From positions 77,710,389 to 77,774,388 of the forward strand of contig NC_068985.1 in NCBI RefSeq assembly GCF_001194135.2: DNA of 64,000 nt. The letters are read 5' to 3'. The notes under the pieces were generated by a model, which worked only from the letters and a program-made list of their open reading frames with translations, was not told the DNA's origin and did not search any database. Position numbers and translations under genes: made by a program. This DNA comes from Octopus bimaculoides. Its lineage: Eukaryota. Positions 25,071 through 38,300 of this stretch are shown one piece after another (position 1 is the stretch's first letter; each line of letters starts with the position of its first letter).

Positions 25071-25108
<38 letters not shown>

Positions 25109-25825
25109 CATGCATACATGGTGTATACACACATACATGCATAGATTGTTGTGTTATATAACTAGATCACATAAATATAATACAGTACAGTTGTACATAG
25201 TGTTGTTATACATGCTAATGGACATTGGTATAAGGCAGCAGTATATTGCAAAGGTATAAGCCACATGACTGCTATTTAATCTATCAGCTACAGAAAGTAG
25301 GAAGGCTATATCAATTGGGACTCTACTACTCCACCATTTCTGCTATTCATCACTCTTACATGTTATATAACAATAAGATATCTTTGTATCCTGCATTATA
25401 TAGTAATGCACATAACACTGTTCTCTGAGATAATGGTGTCAGAAATAAATATATATATATAATCTTGTTTCAGTTATTAGACTGGACCCATGCCAGAGCA
25501 CCACCTTGAATTTTAGTCAATGAATCAATCTCAGAACTTATTTTTTGAGCTTGTTATTTATTCTAGTGGTATCTTTCACTGAACTGCTAGGTTACAGGGT
25601 TGCAAACACACCACCAACAGTTGTCAAGCAGTGGTGATGATGAGGACAAACACACACACACACACACACACAATGGGCTTCTTTCAGTTTCCCTCTACCA
25701 AATCCATTCACAAGGCTTTGGTTGGCCCAAGGCTACAGTAGAAGATACTTGCCCACGCAGGGACTGAACCGGGAACCGTGTGGTTGGGAAGCAAGCTTCT
25801 TACCACACTCCCATGCCTGTGCCTA

Positions 25826-25863
<38 letters not shown>

Positions 25864-26316
25864 TAGGCACAAGTGTGGTAAGAAGTTTGCTTCCCAACTA
25901 CATGATTATGAGTTCAGTCCCCCTGCGTGGCACCTGGGACAAATATCTTCTACTTTCGCCACAGGATGACCAAAGCCTTGAGAGTTAATTGGAAAGAAGC
26001 TTGTCATGTGTGTGTGCCTGTACATATGTTTGTTACTGTCCCTTTGCTTGTTACCATTATGCAAGGGGTGTCTTTTGTTTCCAGTCTTATGTGACAACAT
26101 GTCTGATGATGGGGAAATATTACTTTATCTTGGAAACAGGTGATGCTTCACAAAGAAAAAAATCCACTTCACCAAATTTTGTGTGACCCATAAGCATGGA
26201 AAAGTGAATGTTAAAACAATGATGTTAATGACAACAAGATATATATATATTACATATTTTTTATTCTCTTATTTGTTTCAGTCATTAGACTGTGGCCATG
26301 CGGGGACCACTATATA

Positions 26317-26357
<41 letters not shown>

Positions 26358-29300
26358 GAACTTTACTGTTCAGTATAAACTGTAAAAGGAGTATCAAACT
26401 TGCTTACTTTTGCAGGGCAGATTGAAGTATAAACTAGATCTTGCAGGCCAAATAGAGACAATTATTCCTAAAGCGATATTTATGTTACTGACCAAGGTAA
26501 ATGGATAAAAGAGCCAATGTACAGAATAACAACTTTAACAGCAATAAATAAAGGAAAGAATATGAAGTGTTAGCAAAAAGTTGTGTAAACTTCATCCACA
26601 CGGTGTGTGTGTATTATATATTTGCTATTTTTTAAAAATAAAGTTCTTTAGAGTGAGAATGTGGATAGGAAATGTCGAAATGAATGCATATGCTTCTTTA
26701 ATAAAAAGTCAATTATTGATAGAAAACTTATACTATTTCAGCTGCAGTACCTTTCAATATTGTTCATATCATGTGAATCCATTTGGGTGAAATTGTGTGT
26801 AAATTTGGAGGAATTAGGGGTGGATTCTTGCTTGATTTAGCCTATTAAATGCAACATATGTCTTTTAGTATATGGATTTATAAGCTTCTTTTTCAATAGT
26901 TAAGGTAATGAAAATATTCCCTAAAGTACATTGATTTGACTAATCACAGCTGGTCTTGATCACAATTCTTGTCAGGTTCTGACTCTGAATGCATTTTAGT
27001 GATATATATTTTATGGATTATTTTAAAATTACAAAATAATAATAAACAGGCATAAAATAAAGATAAGATAGAGCCAGGCTCCTGACTAAATAGGGATGCA
27101 GGCTAGATTTGTTTCATGGAACATATGTTTGATGTTGCTGGGATATATATATATATACCTTGGACAATGTGATAATGCATGATATTGGCATACATATCTA
27201 GCACTGTGATATACACACCATATAGAAGTATCATGAAAATTACCTTACACACCGGTGAACATTTTCATATAGTTAATACAGTGATGGCATATATTCCATA
27301 CAATGATATCATGTAAATTAATGTTGCCATACAGACCATGTAAAGATGGCATAATACCCTTTAAGAATGTCACTCACACCTTCCCATTTTGCCCCACACA
27401 TAGGGTATCACATGTTATATAATATGTATATGATAAGTATACCATATTGATATGTGATATAATATGTGTATCGTATTGATACTTAATATATAGATACTAC
27501 TATGACCAACAGTTATAATTTGATGCATGGGCCAGTCAGTAGCATGATCAAATTATTAACAAACACCATACATTTGCAATACATATCATATACCAACATC
27601 ATTATCACACACCATACATTGTATAGATAAATGCTTTATCTGTATATTCTCTTAACAGAAACACTCCGCTGAGCGTGTGGTTTACCAATACCACTACACT
27701 GAATGGCCTGATCATGGTGTTCCTGATTATACGTTGCCTGTCCTTACTTTTGTGCGGAAGTCTGCTGCAGCCAACCCCCCTGGTGCTGGACCTATCGTTG
27801 TACACTGCAGGTGAGTAAAAGTCAACAATGGAGATATTTTTTACCATTTGCCATTCTTATACATAAACACACCTACCGGTTTAAGTTCATTAAGTATTTC
27901 CTTTTATCTGCTTTTGATAATAATAATAATTTTGAATTTTGAAATTCATTAATTTTGTTCTTCATGAGTTCTTGCTTAATAAAATTTTTGAATCAGTTCC
28001 AGCATTTTAAAGAATATTCTCTGCTTTATAGAAACTTTGCCTGCTTGGAAATCATAGAATAATGTGGAGTTCTCTAAAGTGAAACTTATTCTTCCATTGT
28101 TTTGGGTTACTTAGAAGTCAAAGAATAAAATTTGTTTCATGATATGGAACTCCAGACTTAGAACAAATAAATGAAGATATATATGAATAAAATGGAAGTT
28201 GTGATCAGATGTTTGATATTCAGCATATTTTGACTGTGCTACTGATTGCTTTGTATTTCAGTGCTGGTGTTGGGCGTACCGGTACCTATATATTAATTGA
28301 TAGTATGATGCAGCAGATAAAGGAGAAAGGCTCAGTAAATGTAGCTGGCTTTCTCTTACATATTCGACAACAGAGAAACTTTCTGGTCCAAACTGAGGTA
28401 AGTAGAACACATTACTTACTTTATCTTGTTACTTCATGCATTCTAAGTTACATAGAACAGGTAGAAATTGGGAAGAGGTGTTTGTCTGTTAGTGTACTGA
28501 ACAAACAAGTGTCTTAGTGCTTAGTAGAAAAGATACCTGTATGTATGTGAAGATGTTGCTTATTCACCGATCATCCCAGATGAAGCTGACTTCTATCCTA
28601 CCAAGGTGCTATTGTCTCCTTTCTCCCTCTCTCTGGTCTTGTGCCGTTTCTCCTCAGGTGCTCAAGACTCGCTTGTCTCTTATTCTCTCGAATCGTCCCT
28701 GTACAACTGATAATGGAGTTCTTCCTCTTCTGAACATTGGTTTTCTGTAATTTCCTCTTTGCCCATGTTTTCCCTGATTTGTAGCTGTTTAAAAGGAACA
28801 TGAACTACAATGATCTCACCAGTCTCAGAGGTAATATGATGGCCATGAACAAACCTAGGAAGATATGGAATGAGGTAGTGAAGCATGATGTTTGAACGTT
28901 GGGCCTTACAGAAGCAATGACAAGTGACCAAGACCTTCGGTGATATGCCATGCTTGAGAAGGCTTATCAAACCAAGTGAAATCATAGTAATGCTGGTGTC
29001 ACATGACTGGCACTCATGTTGGTGGCACATAAAAGCACCCATTACACTCTTGGAGTGATTGGTGTTAGGAAGGGCATCCAGACGTAGAAACCATGCTAAA
29101 TCAAACTGGAACTTGGTGCAGATCTCTGGTTTACTAGTTTCGGTCAAACCATCTAACCCATGCCAGTATGGAAAGCAGACACTAAATGACGATATGATGA
29201 TGATATTATAAAAAAATTCATGTGTGTAGGGTGAATAGATGTATGTGTGTGTTGATGTGTAAGGTAAACAGATGTAATTTAAAAGAGATGTAAATCTTTT

Positions 29301-32300
29301 AGAAGATGAATACATGTGAATTAGTAGTTTGCAGTAGAAAAGATGTTGCTAAAACATATGTGAATATGTTGGTTTGTAGCAGAACAAATATAAAAGTTTA
29401 CCAAACCTAAATGAATTAAACCAAAGCACTATTTCATGAAGAATACTGTTGCAAGATGTTGTTTTGTTGTGTTGTAGGACCAGTACATGTTTATTCATGA
29501 TGTTCTCGTGGAATACATTCTTGGTGGTGGTGATACTGAAATTCAAGATGCTAAGATAATGAAATATTTTGAAGATTTAGAAAAACCAAATGCAAACGGA
29601 GAGAACCACCTTGAAAGACAATTCCTGGTAAGTATATTAATATTACTTTCTGATGATTTGGTACCAATTTCTCTGTTAGATAGAGTTTTTGTAATAAGTG
29701 TGATGTGATGTATTGTGCAGCAGTGGTTGCCTAGCAGCTATAAATATGGTGAATGTAATCTTGGATGCTCTATTAAATTCCAATCCATGACAATATGGTG
29801 AAAATAAAGGGTAAAATGGACAACAATAATTACGATCATGTTAATAATTATCTCTCACATAAGTACAAAACCAGAAATTTGGGAGCATTGACTTTCTTAC
29901 TTTATTTTGTCAACCCCAGAAAAGTAAACAGTAATGTTGATTTTGGCCTATAACCACAGAAAGCAAAGCACCTTGTCTGACACTTTTATGATTCTACCAA
30001 TCCAACAATAATACAATCAAAACGACTGAGTGTGACTGCCTATATAAACCAACTTTTAACACTGGTAGTGCTCCAGCATGGCTACAGCTTTTAGGCTGAA
30101 ACATATGCAGTAATCCCTTGACTATTGCGGGTGTTATGTTCCAAAATGCCCTGTGATAGGTGAAAATCCCCGAAGTAGAAACAGTACTGTACTGTATATT
30201 TTTTTAATATTTTTGTAATTTGTATATATTTATTTTATTATAAATGCAAAACACCACCACCCACTCGCCTCCAGAGTTTCATTTTCCATACAGTATGTGT
30301 AATTCTTTGTTTACTCATACTCATCTACGGTACATCATGTGTTTTCTTTTAATATATCTTAATTAATGTGTTATACAGTGCAGTACTGTACTGTATTTTT
30401 ATTTATTAACTTTTAGGCTCGAAAATGCTTATTTTACCACAGGAATAATTAAAATCTAAAAAAATATTAATTATAAATACCTATCAGCCACAGAAACCTG
30501 CAATATACTGAGGAGTCTGCAATATAAATTTATATATATTAGCCAGAAAAATCCGCAATGTACTGAAGGCACGATAGGTGTACCATGTTATGGCGAGTGA
30601 ATACTTTAAAAGAAATATATAGGTGTTAGGAAGAGTATCCAGCTATAAAAACCCTGCCAAAACAGACAGGGAAACATATTGCAGTCTTCTGCCTAGCCAA
30701 CTCCTGTCAAACCATCCAACCCATGCCTGCTTGGAAAGCAGATGTTATATATATATATATATATATATATATACTGTCCAGATTATCTAAACTCTGTATA
30801 GATTAATATGTCACTGATTGGTGTAACACATCTTAAACTTCCTGCTGACTTATATCTAATTGTGTATTATTTCAAACTGAATTTAATTGTGTATCATTTC
30901 ATAAGCTGTTACCTTCATATCCAAGCTGTCTTGCAATTGCTGTATTATTCTAATCATACATACACTGTACATTCATAAGTTTCCAGAAAGCTCTTTCAAT
31001 TCCCGGCAATATCATTTCAGTTAATTCACTCTTTACCCCATTTTCTCTTGTGTCAGCAGATGCTTATCACTCATATTTTCTATACTTTCCTTAGAATATG
31101 ATACTAGTGAAGCCATAGACCCAGTCTTCAACAATGGGATTATATTTACTTATTTTTTTAATGATGTCTTAAATAATTTCATATTCAAAATAGTTTTGTC
31201 TTAACTGTCCCACCAAGTTCTCTGTTTTAAATCTCAACCCCTTCTAATGTTCACCTAGACAATTCAGGTTTCAACTGTCAAGGTATCAGTCTCTGTCCAA
31301 CAAGTTTATGGTTGAGCTTGTGGCAGTGGAGACCACTGGCATTCTTGGCCTCCAGACCATATCATCTCTGCTCACCACTGTTGAGGTAGCGATGGCTATC
31401 CACAAATGCAAGCCCCATGGATCAGTGGCTGTTCCAGCGCATCTTCCTTGCCATCTTCTGGGACAACTCCTTTTCCATTTTCTCTTCTGGGGCCATGAGG
31501 AAATTGTATATTCCACTTCTTAAATACTTAGATCCATGCAATAGTTTATTATTTTAATTCTATCAGATTATGAAATTTTAATTGTTTTATTTTTAAAAAC
31601 AATAGTTCCTTGATAAGTCGTTAATTTCCTAAATCTTTAATTTCAGTTGTCAACGTGCCGTAGACCCAAAGAACATGAGTACTCTCAGGCTGTAAAACCT
31701 GTAAATGTACCAAAGAATCGTATTCAAGAGATGCTACCTATCGATATGAAAAGGGTTCTTTTGCCTGTAAAACCTGGCGTGGACGGCTCGGATTATATTA
31801 ATGCTTCATACCTGCAGGTAAGTACACCTAAACAGATTCATCATTGGTTCTTTTAATGTTTTTATTTTGGTGGGTGGGGTTCTCATTTCCCCTAACCTAG
31901 CTCCATATTGTCATGTTTTAAACTGATGTAGCTAATGGGGCCATTGNNNNNNNNNNNNNNNNNNNNNNNNNNNNNNNNNNNNNNNNNNNNNNNNNNNNNN
32001 NNNNNNNNNNNNNNNNNNNNNNNNNNNNNNNNNNNNNNNNNNNNNNNNNNNNNNNNNNNNNNNNNNNNNNNCTCTTTCTTCCATTCTTTCATGCTTGCCT
32101 CCATTCTTGCATGGATTACATGGTTATACCATCTGAACATATTGTTTTGCTATAAAGACAACTACTGAATTTATGCTAACATTTAATAATTTTAATTAAT
32201 TGTTCCTTAGACTCATCTGACCAATTGGCACCTTGTGAACTGGAGCTTTACTTTTGGTTTATGAGGTGAAACTGGCACTTCATTGCTTATGACAATGAGG

Positions 32301-35300
32301 GTTCCAGTTGATCCGATCAATGGAACAGCCTACTTGTTAAATTAAAATGCAAGTGGATGAGCACTCCACAAACATGCATACCCTAAATGTAGTTCTTAAG
32401 GAGATTCAGCAGGACATAGTGTGTGACAAGGCTGACCCTTTGAAATACTGGTACTACTCATTTTTGTCAGCTGAGTAGGCTTTGAGCAATGTGAAATAAA
32501 GTGTTTTGCTCAAGGAAAGATAAATTTTACCCTGATTAGGGCATCAGTCTAATATCAGTGAAATTCCTAGACAATCTAGTACCTGTTCTCAACAGTTAAG
32601 TGAATTGAAATAGAATTAAGTGTTCTACCAAGAAACACATCCAGTGAGCTGCAACAGACACTAACAAATCAGTCCTATAATCGCCTGCTCAAAATCCAAC
32701 TTTCTAGCTATATATTATCTCTGAAACAACAGCATTTCTAGGCATAGTGTTCACTTCCTCAATGGATTATTGAAGAACATCAGGCTGTGCTCAACATGGA
32801 ATCATTTAAAATCCTTTTGGTACCAACCTGCCTGAGATCATCCTTCATTCTGTGATATAAACTTCCTGACTTAGTCATTTAAATTAAAACCTTCCATTAA
32901 AATTCCATGTTAATTTGTGTTCCAAACACTTATCTAATAAGGACAGTCATTTCATTAAAGTTTTCATTTACAATATTGATTAAAACAGAAGCTCTGTTGC
33001 TTAACAGAAATATGGTAACAAAAAGTTAAGTCATTCACTGGAAGTATTCAATCCACAATTATAGCAACCTGGAATGTAATCTAATTTTAATTGTTCAAGC
33101 CCAGTGTGGAGCTCACTAGCAGCATGTGCAGCAAGTTCTAAAATGTACAACTGAAGTAGCCACGAAATAGCAGCTGAAGTACAACCACACTCATACCACC
33201 TGGCTTCACATTGCCTAGGTCAGTGCCACAAGGGAAATTACTTGCATCATCATGTATGTTCATATATAACTGCAAATGCAAAATGAAACCAACTTCATTC
33301 ATGAAATTTAATACAAAATTCATGCAATTTAGAAAATTTGTCACCAAGAGATGATAATGGAAAGACCTCAGTCTTTGATTTCTGAGGTTGTGCTTTGAGG
33401 CTACCGATTTCAAATAATCCTACAAGATAGCTAGCCATCACCAGACCATCTCATGATCATTCAAGAAGAAGAAACAATGTGCACATTAACACCACTGTAC
33501 TCTAGTTTTTCATCTTTGCTAAAGGACTATTGCAGTTGTATAACTTTAGGAATCACCAACATGTCCAAATTGCAATGGTACTCCACATAATAACTCACAG
33601 CTCTTTCACTACACATCTAATTTTACTAGCCTAAATGTGGTGGATCTATGGAGCAACCCCCTCCCCCCGCAAGAAAGTGGACAAGTGACTACAATTCAAA
33701 TTGCAGCTTTTGAGTTTCTGTTAGAGCAATCACTTGGTAAACAGAAACTGTATGGAAGTCAATTGTGTGTGTAATGGGGGTGTGATGTTCACACATTTTA
33801 ACAAACCTGTGTCATCGTCATTTTTGTGCATGTGCATAAAATGGTGAAATTTTACACTTTGGGGCAGATTTTGTCAAATTGATGTCACAATGGCTAGTGT
33901 GCAAAGTACCAAAATTTTGCTTGAGAAATAAAATGCTCTTACCTAATCAAAACCTGAAATACTGGGGAATTAAAACAATGAATTGAAATAATAAGTTTTA
34001 GCAAAAATCCAAACAATTCGCATTGAAATGAAGAATTAGCAAATGCTAAATTGATTACCGTTAATAAGTTGTCTGTTTATACCCATGAAACATTTTTTGT
34101 GAAATTTCAGCATTTTTCAAAAAACTAAAATCTATATTAATGGGTAGGACCAATTTAATGAAAAAAATGAACAGAAACTGGTAGTGAACCCATGTTGTCG
34201 TCATTTTTGTGCATGTGCGTAAAATGGCAAAATTTTACACTTTGGGGAAGATTTCGTCAAATTGATGTCATGACAGCTAGTGCCTAAATTTTGCTTGAGA
34301 AATAAAATGCTCTTACCTAATCAAAATCTGAAATGCTGGGGAATTAAAATAACGAATTGAAATAATAAGTTTTAGCAAATCAGAACAATTCACATTGAAA
34401 TGAAGAATTAGCTAAACAGATAACCGTTAATAAGCTGTCTGTTTATACCCACGAAACATTTTTCATCAAATTTCAGCATATTTTGTCAAATTTATGTCAC
34501 GATGGCTAGTGTGAAAAATGCCAAAATCAATGCTGATTAAAAATCGATTTTTTAAAAAAATTACAAGTGTGTAAGTGACCGCATGGGCATAAGCCCCACA
34601 CACATCGAGTTTCATCAAGGTCTGTTGGATAGTCTTGGAGGAGTTAAAGTAACAAATTCACAAACACATAAACTTGCCATTTATTATTATAGATTACTAA
34701 CCAGAGTGTTTTGGGTAAATGGAGTTATTTCAGCTTACAACACGTTAGCTGTAGTAGGGTTTAAGTTAGTGAACTATCAACTGTGATGTAATCAACATTG
34801 CAGTACCTTTGACCTCTTAGGTATTTCTGACTGTGATATGGTAATTATATTATATAATTTCTTTATTCCAGGGTTATAATCGTACAGACGAGTTCATTAT
34901 AACACAGCACCCATTGGAATCAACTGTTGAAGACTTCTGGAGAATGGTCTGGGACCAAAACAGTGCTGCGATTGTGTTGCTTACAAAAATGGATAATGAT
35001 GTAAGTAATCTGCTTTAATAAACAAGCAGAATTTGGTTAATAATAAAGATTTCTTTTGCCAAGACACTAAGTCTCTAGCTGATTACATATGCCACAATGT
35101 CTTACTGCTACTTATATTACTGACCCTGGCAGTGTGAAAGTCCATTTTAGCTGTTGTATCACACTCAGTTTGTGTTGAATTTCCTGCTCAAAGCTCCACC
35201 AAGAAGTAATGCAGTGATGAATTAGTGCAAATAGGAAGAGTTATTATCCCTTGCCTTTGATCTAACTGAAGTTTTATTTGTTATAACTTCAGTGGATACA

Positions 35301-38300
35301 AGCTAAATGATTAAGAAATTTGCCTCCCAATCACAAGGTTCCAGATTCGATACCACTGCATGGCCCCTTGAACATGGCATCTTTTACTAAAGCCTGTGAA
35401 TGAAATTGGGTAGACGGAAATTCTGTTGAACCTCATTGGATGAGCTGTTCCTCTTATTCAAAAGTTCAGCTTTGTTTCATACTGTGTCACACTGATTCTC
35501 CCCAAATCGTCCAACCCATGCTAGCATGGAAGGCGGACGTTAAACGATGATGATGATGATGATGATGATGATGACACATATCTATATATGGTAATCAGTC
35601 GTTTTTGTATACTAATTTCATGATTTGATCATTCCATATATCGAATAATTGGAATATTCATCAAAATTGATTTCACAAACAATTTATTTCCCATGTTTTG
35701 AAGTAAATATCTATATAAATTATACACAGACTATTTAAATTCTGATACTAGTGAGAGATAAACTAAATACTATGAGACATTTACTCTAGTGCTTTACTAT
35801 TTCTGTTGAACTACAGCTTATTTAGTGTATTAATCCTTAAGCATTTAAGCAAGCCTTATTCCAGCAAAAATATTCTACTAGTTTAATGTCCAAACCAGCC
35901 AGATCTGACCTTTTAACACCTACCCTACAAAGTCATTCTAAATATAAACAACCGCATCATCAAAATCTTGTGGCTTCAAGATAACGCATGATTAATTCAA
36001 AACAATGTGAATAAATAAGCATGACATTTAACTGAATAATCTGAATGCTAAAGGGTTAAACTGTAATGATATACTTGTTTGTGAAATGAATATTAGTTTT
36101 TATTGTTTCATTGGACAGGACTGTAAAGAATTTTGGCCTGAAAAAGGCGATTCCATCCAAGTGGATGCTGGCAACTTTAAATTGTTCCACCGAGAGGAGG
36201 ACACCAGCTTGGATCCTGTTACACATGACTTTATCATGGAATCAACACAGGTAAGAGATACCTATCACTATAGATTCTACTATTGCTGCTTAACTCTATG
36301 TATGAAATAAAAGCAAATGAAAGCACAGCATATATATAAACATAACTTTATCACTAGCCCTTAACCCAAATGGTAAACCTTAACTCAAATGCTAACCCTT
36401 TACCTAAATGTCAAGCCTTAACTGCAATGCTGAATTTTAGCCCCACTGTTAACTTGAACTCATGTCTTTTGAGGAGTGTCTGATGTTTCATTGTACAACA
36501 TTGCATTCTTTCAGGATGATTATGTGTTGATGAGTCGAATTATTGCCACAACGGAATGGCCTGATGAGTGCCAACCACTGTATACAGCTTTTGAGTTTAT
36601 TGAGACTTGTAGGAAGTGGTATCAACAATATAACAGTGGTCCCATCATAGTAATAGACAGGTGAGTTCTATTTCTTATTTGTTACTTCGTTCCTTCACCA
36701 CTAACCCCACTTTTCTTTCATATATCTTGGATGGAAACTTCTTTTTTATGCTACTCCTCATGAGTATTAGTGTTTGAACAAGTCCTAATATTTGTTTGAA
36801 CTTTGTGAGCATGTGAAGGCTTGATTTAAAAACATATCTGAATTTATAATATATAAGTCGTTTGCTTCCCTAGCACATTGCTTCAGGTTCACTTCCTCTG
36901 TGTGACACTTTGGGCAAACGTCTTCTACTATAACCTCTGGCCAAGCAAAGTCTTGTGAATGAACTTGGTAGACAGAAATTCTGTCCTGTGTATGTGAAAA
37001 TGTTGTATCTCTTTTGATAGATAAGATGGAATGTATTACAAGTTTGTGTGTACTGCTGTCGAAATGGCTTTGAGATTTATTCTGGGAATACATTTGCTGG
37101 AATGTTTGAAAAATGGAGTTACATGTAGGGATTTCAATAATTAAAAGAAACTAACAGGTTGTATTTGAATATTGTTGTACAGATGTGTCTTATAGAATTG
37201 CTTTAAGAATATCTTTGATGGGTTTTTGTAGCTTAAGCAGTCATCATACCCTTTAGGAATATATATTTTGCCTAGTGTGTTGAAGTAGCACCATGGAAGA
37301 ATATGGCTTTAATTGTATCAAAACCTGTTAACTGCCATCAGCTATCTATTTAAAATTAAGGGCCAATATTGCAAAGTAGCCATTATATATTCAAGTGTAA
37401 AAAAAAAAAATTATAAATGCAACAGCAAACCTTTGTGAACAAATTTGCTGAAGGTGGTAGGTCTTAGATATCTAATAATTTATACATTTTATTGCCACTG
37501 TTATGAAACCCTGTATGTATGCATACCTACCTACCTACCTTCCTACCTACATGAATAAATAAATAATCATTTTTATGTCAACTTCTTTCATGCTGGCATG
37601 ACTTGAGTGAATTGTCATGGACCAAGTAGTCAGTTCTTATTTGTGGTGAATGTCCTGATTGACTTGAGAACTACATCTCATTTAAGTGTTCCACTTTTGG
37701 CATGTTGTCTACACCTGGATGCCCTTCCTAACACCAATCACTTAACAGAGTGTAATGGCAACACTTTGTTATGGCACTAGCACTAAAGATGTTGTTATAC
37801 CCATGGCAAGACTAAAGAGTCCTCACTACATTGTTTCCATTCATTCACCAATCTCTTCACACAGTGTGCTAGGTGCATTTTTTAGTGGCACATCACTAGA
37901 AACATGCTTTCACTCCGAGATTAAAGAGAACTCTTTCTTCTTTGTTATTACCATTCATTAACTGATTACTTTACAATACACTGATACGCTCTATCATGGC
38001 ACCAGCACTAGAGACGTTGTCTGATCCCTGTCAAGACTAAACACTAACATTGCATAATTCAGTATTTAGAATTCACTTCACAAATTCTTATTGATCAATA
38101 AACTGTGGTGTGTTGTGTGCAAATTCAATCTGTACCTCATTAGTAAGAGTATCCAATAAGTCTACAATGATTTATTTGGGAAAATAATTAGTTGGTAGAG
38201 GAATAAAGGGTAAAGACCCCCTTCAGTCATGAATGACCATAGGATTGCACCTACAAGGTTCCCCTCCACGGCACAAGCCTGGGCAAGGTTTTTTATGGAA

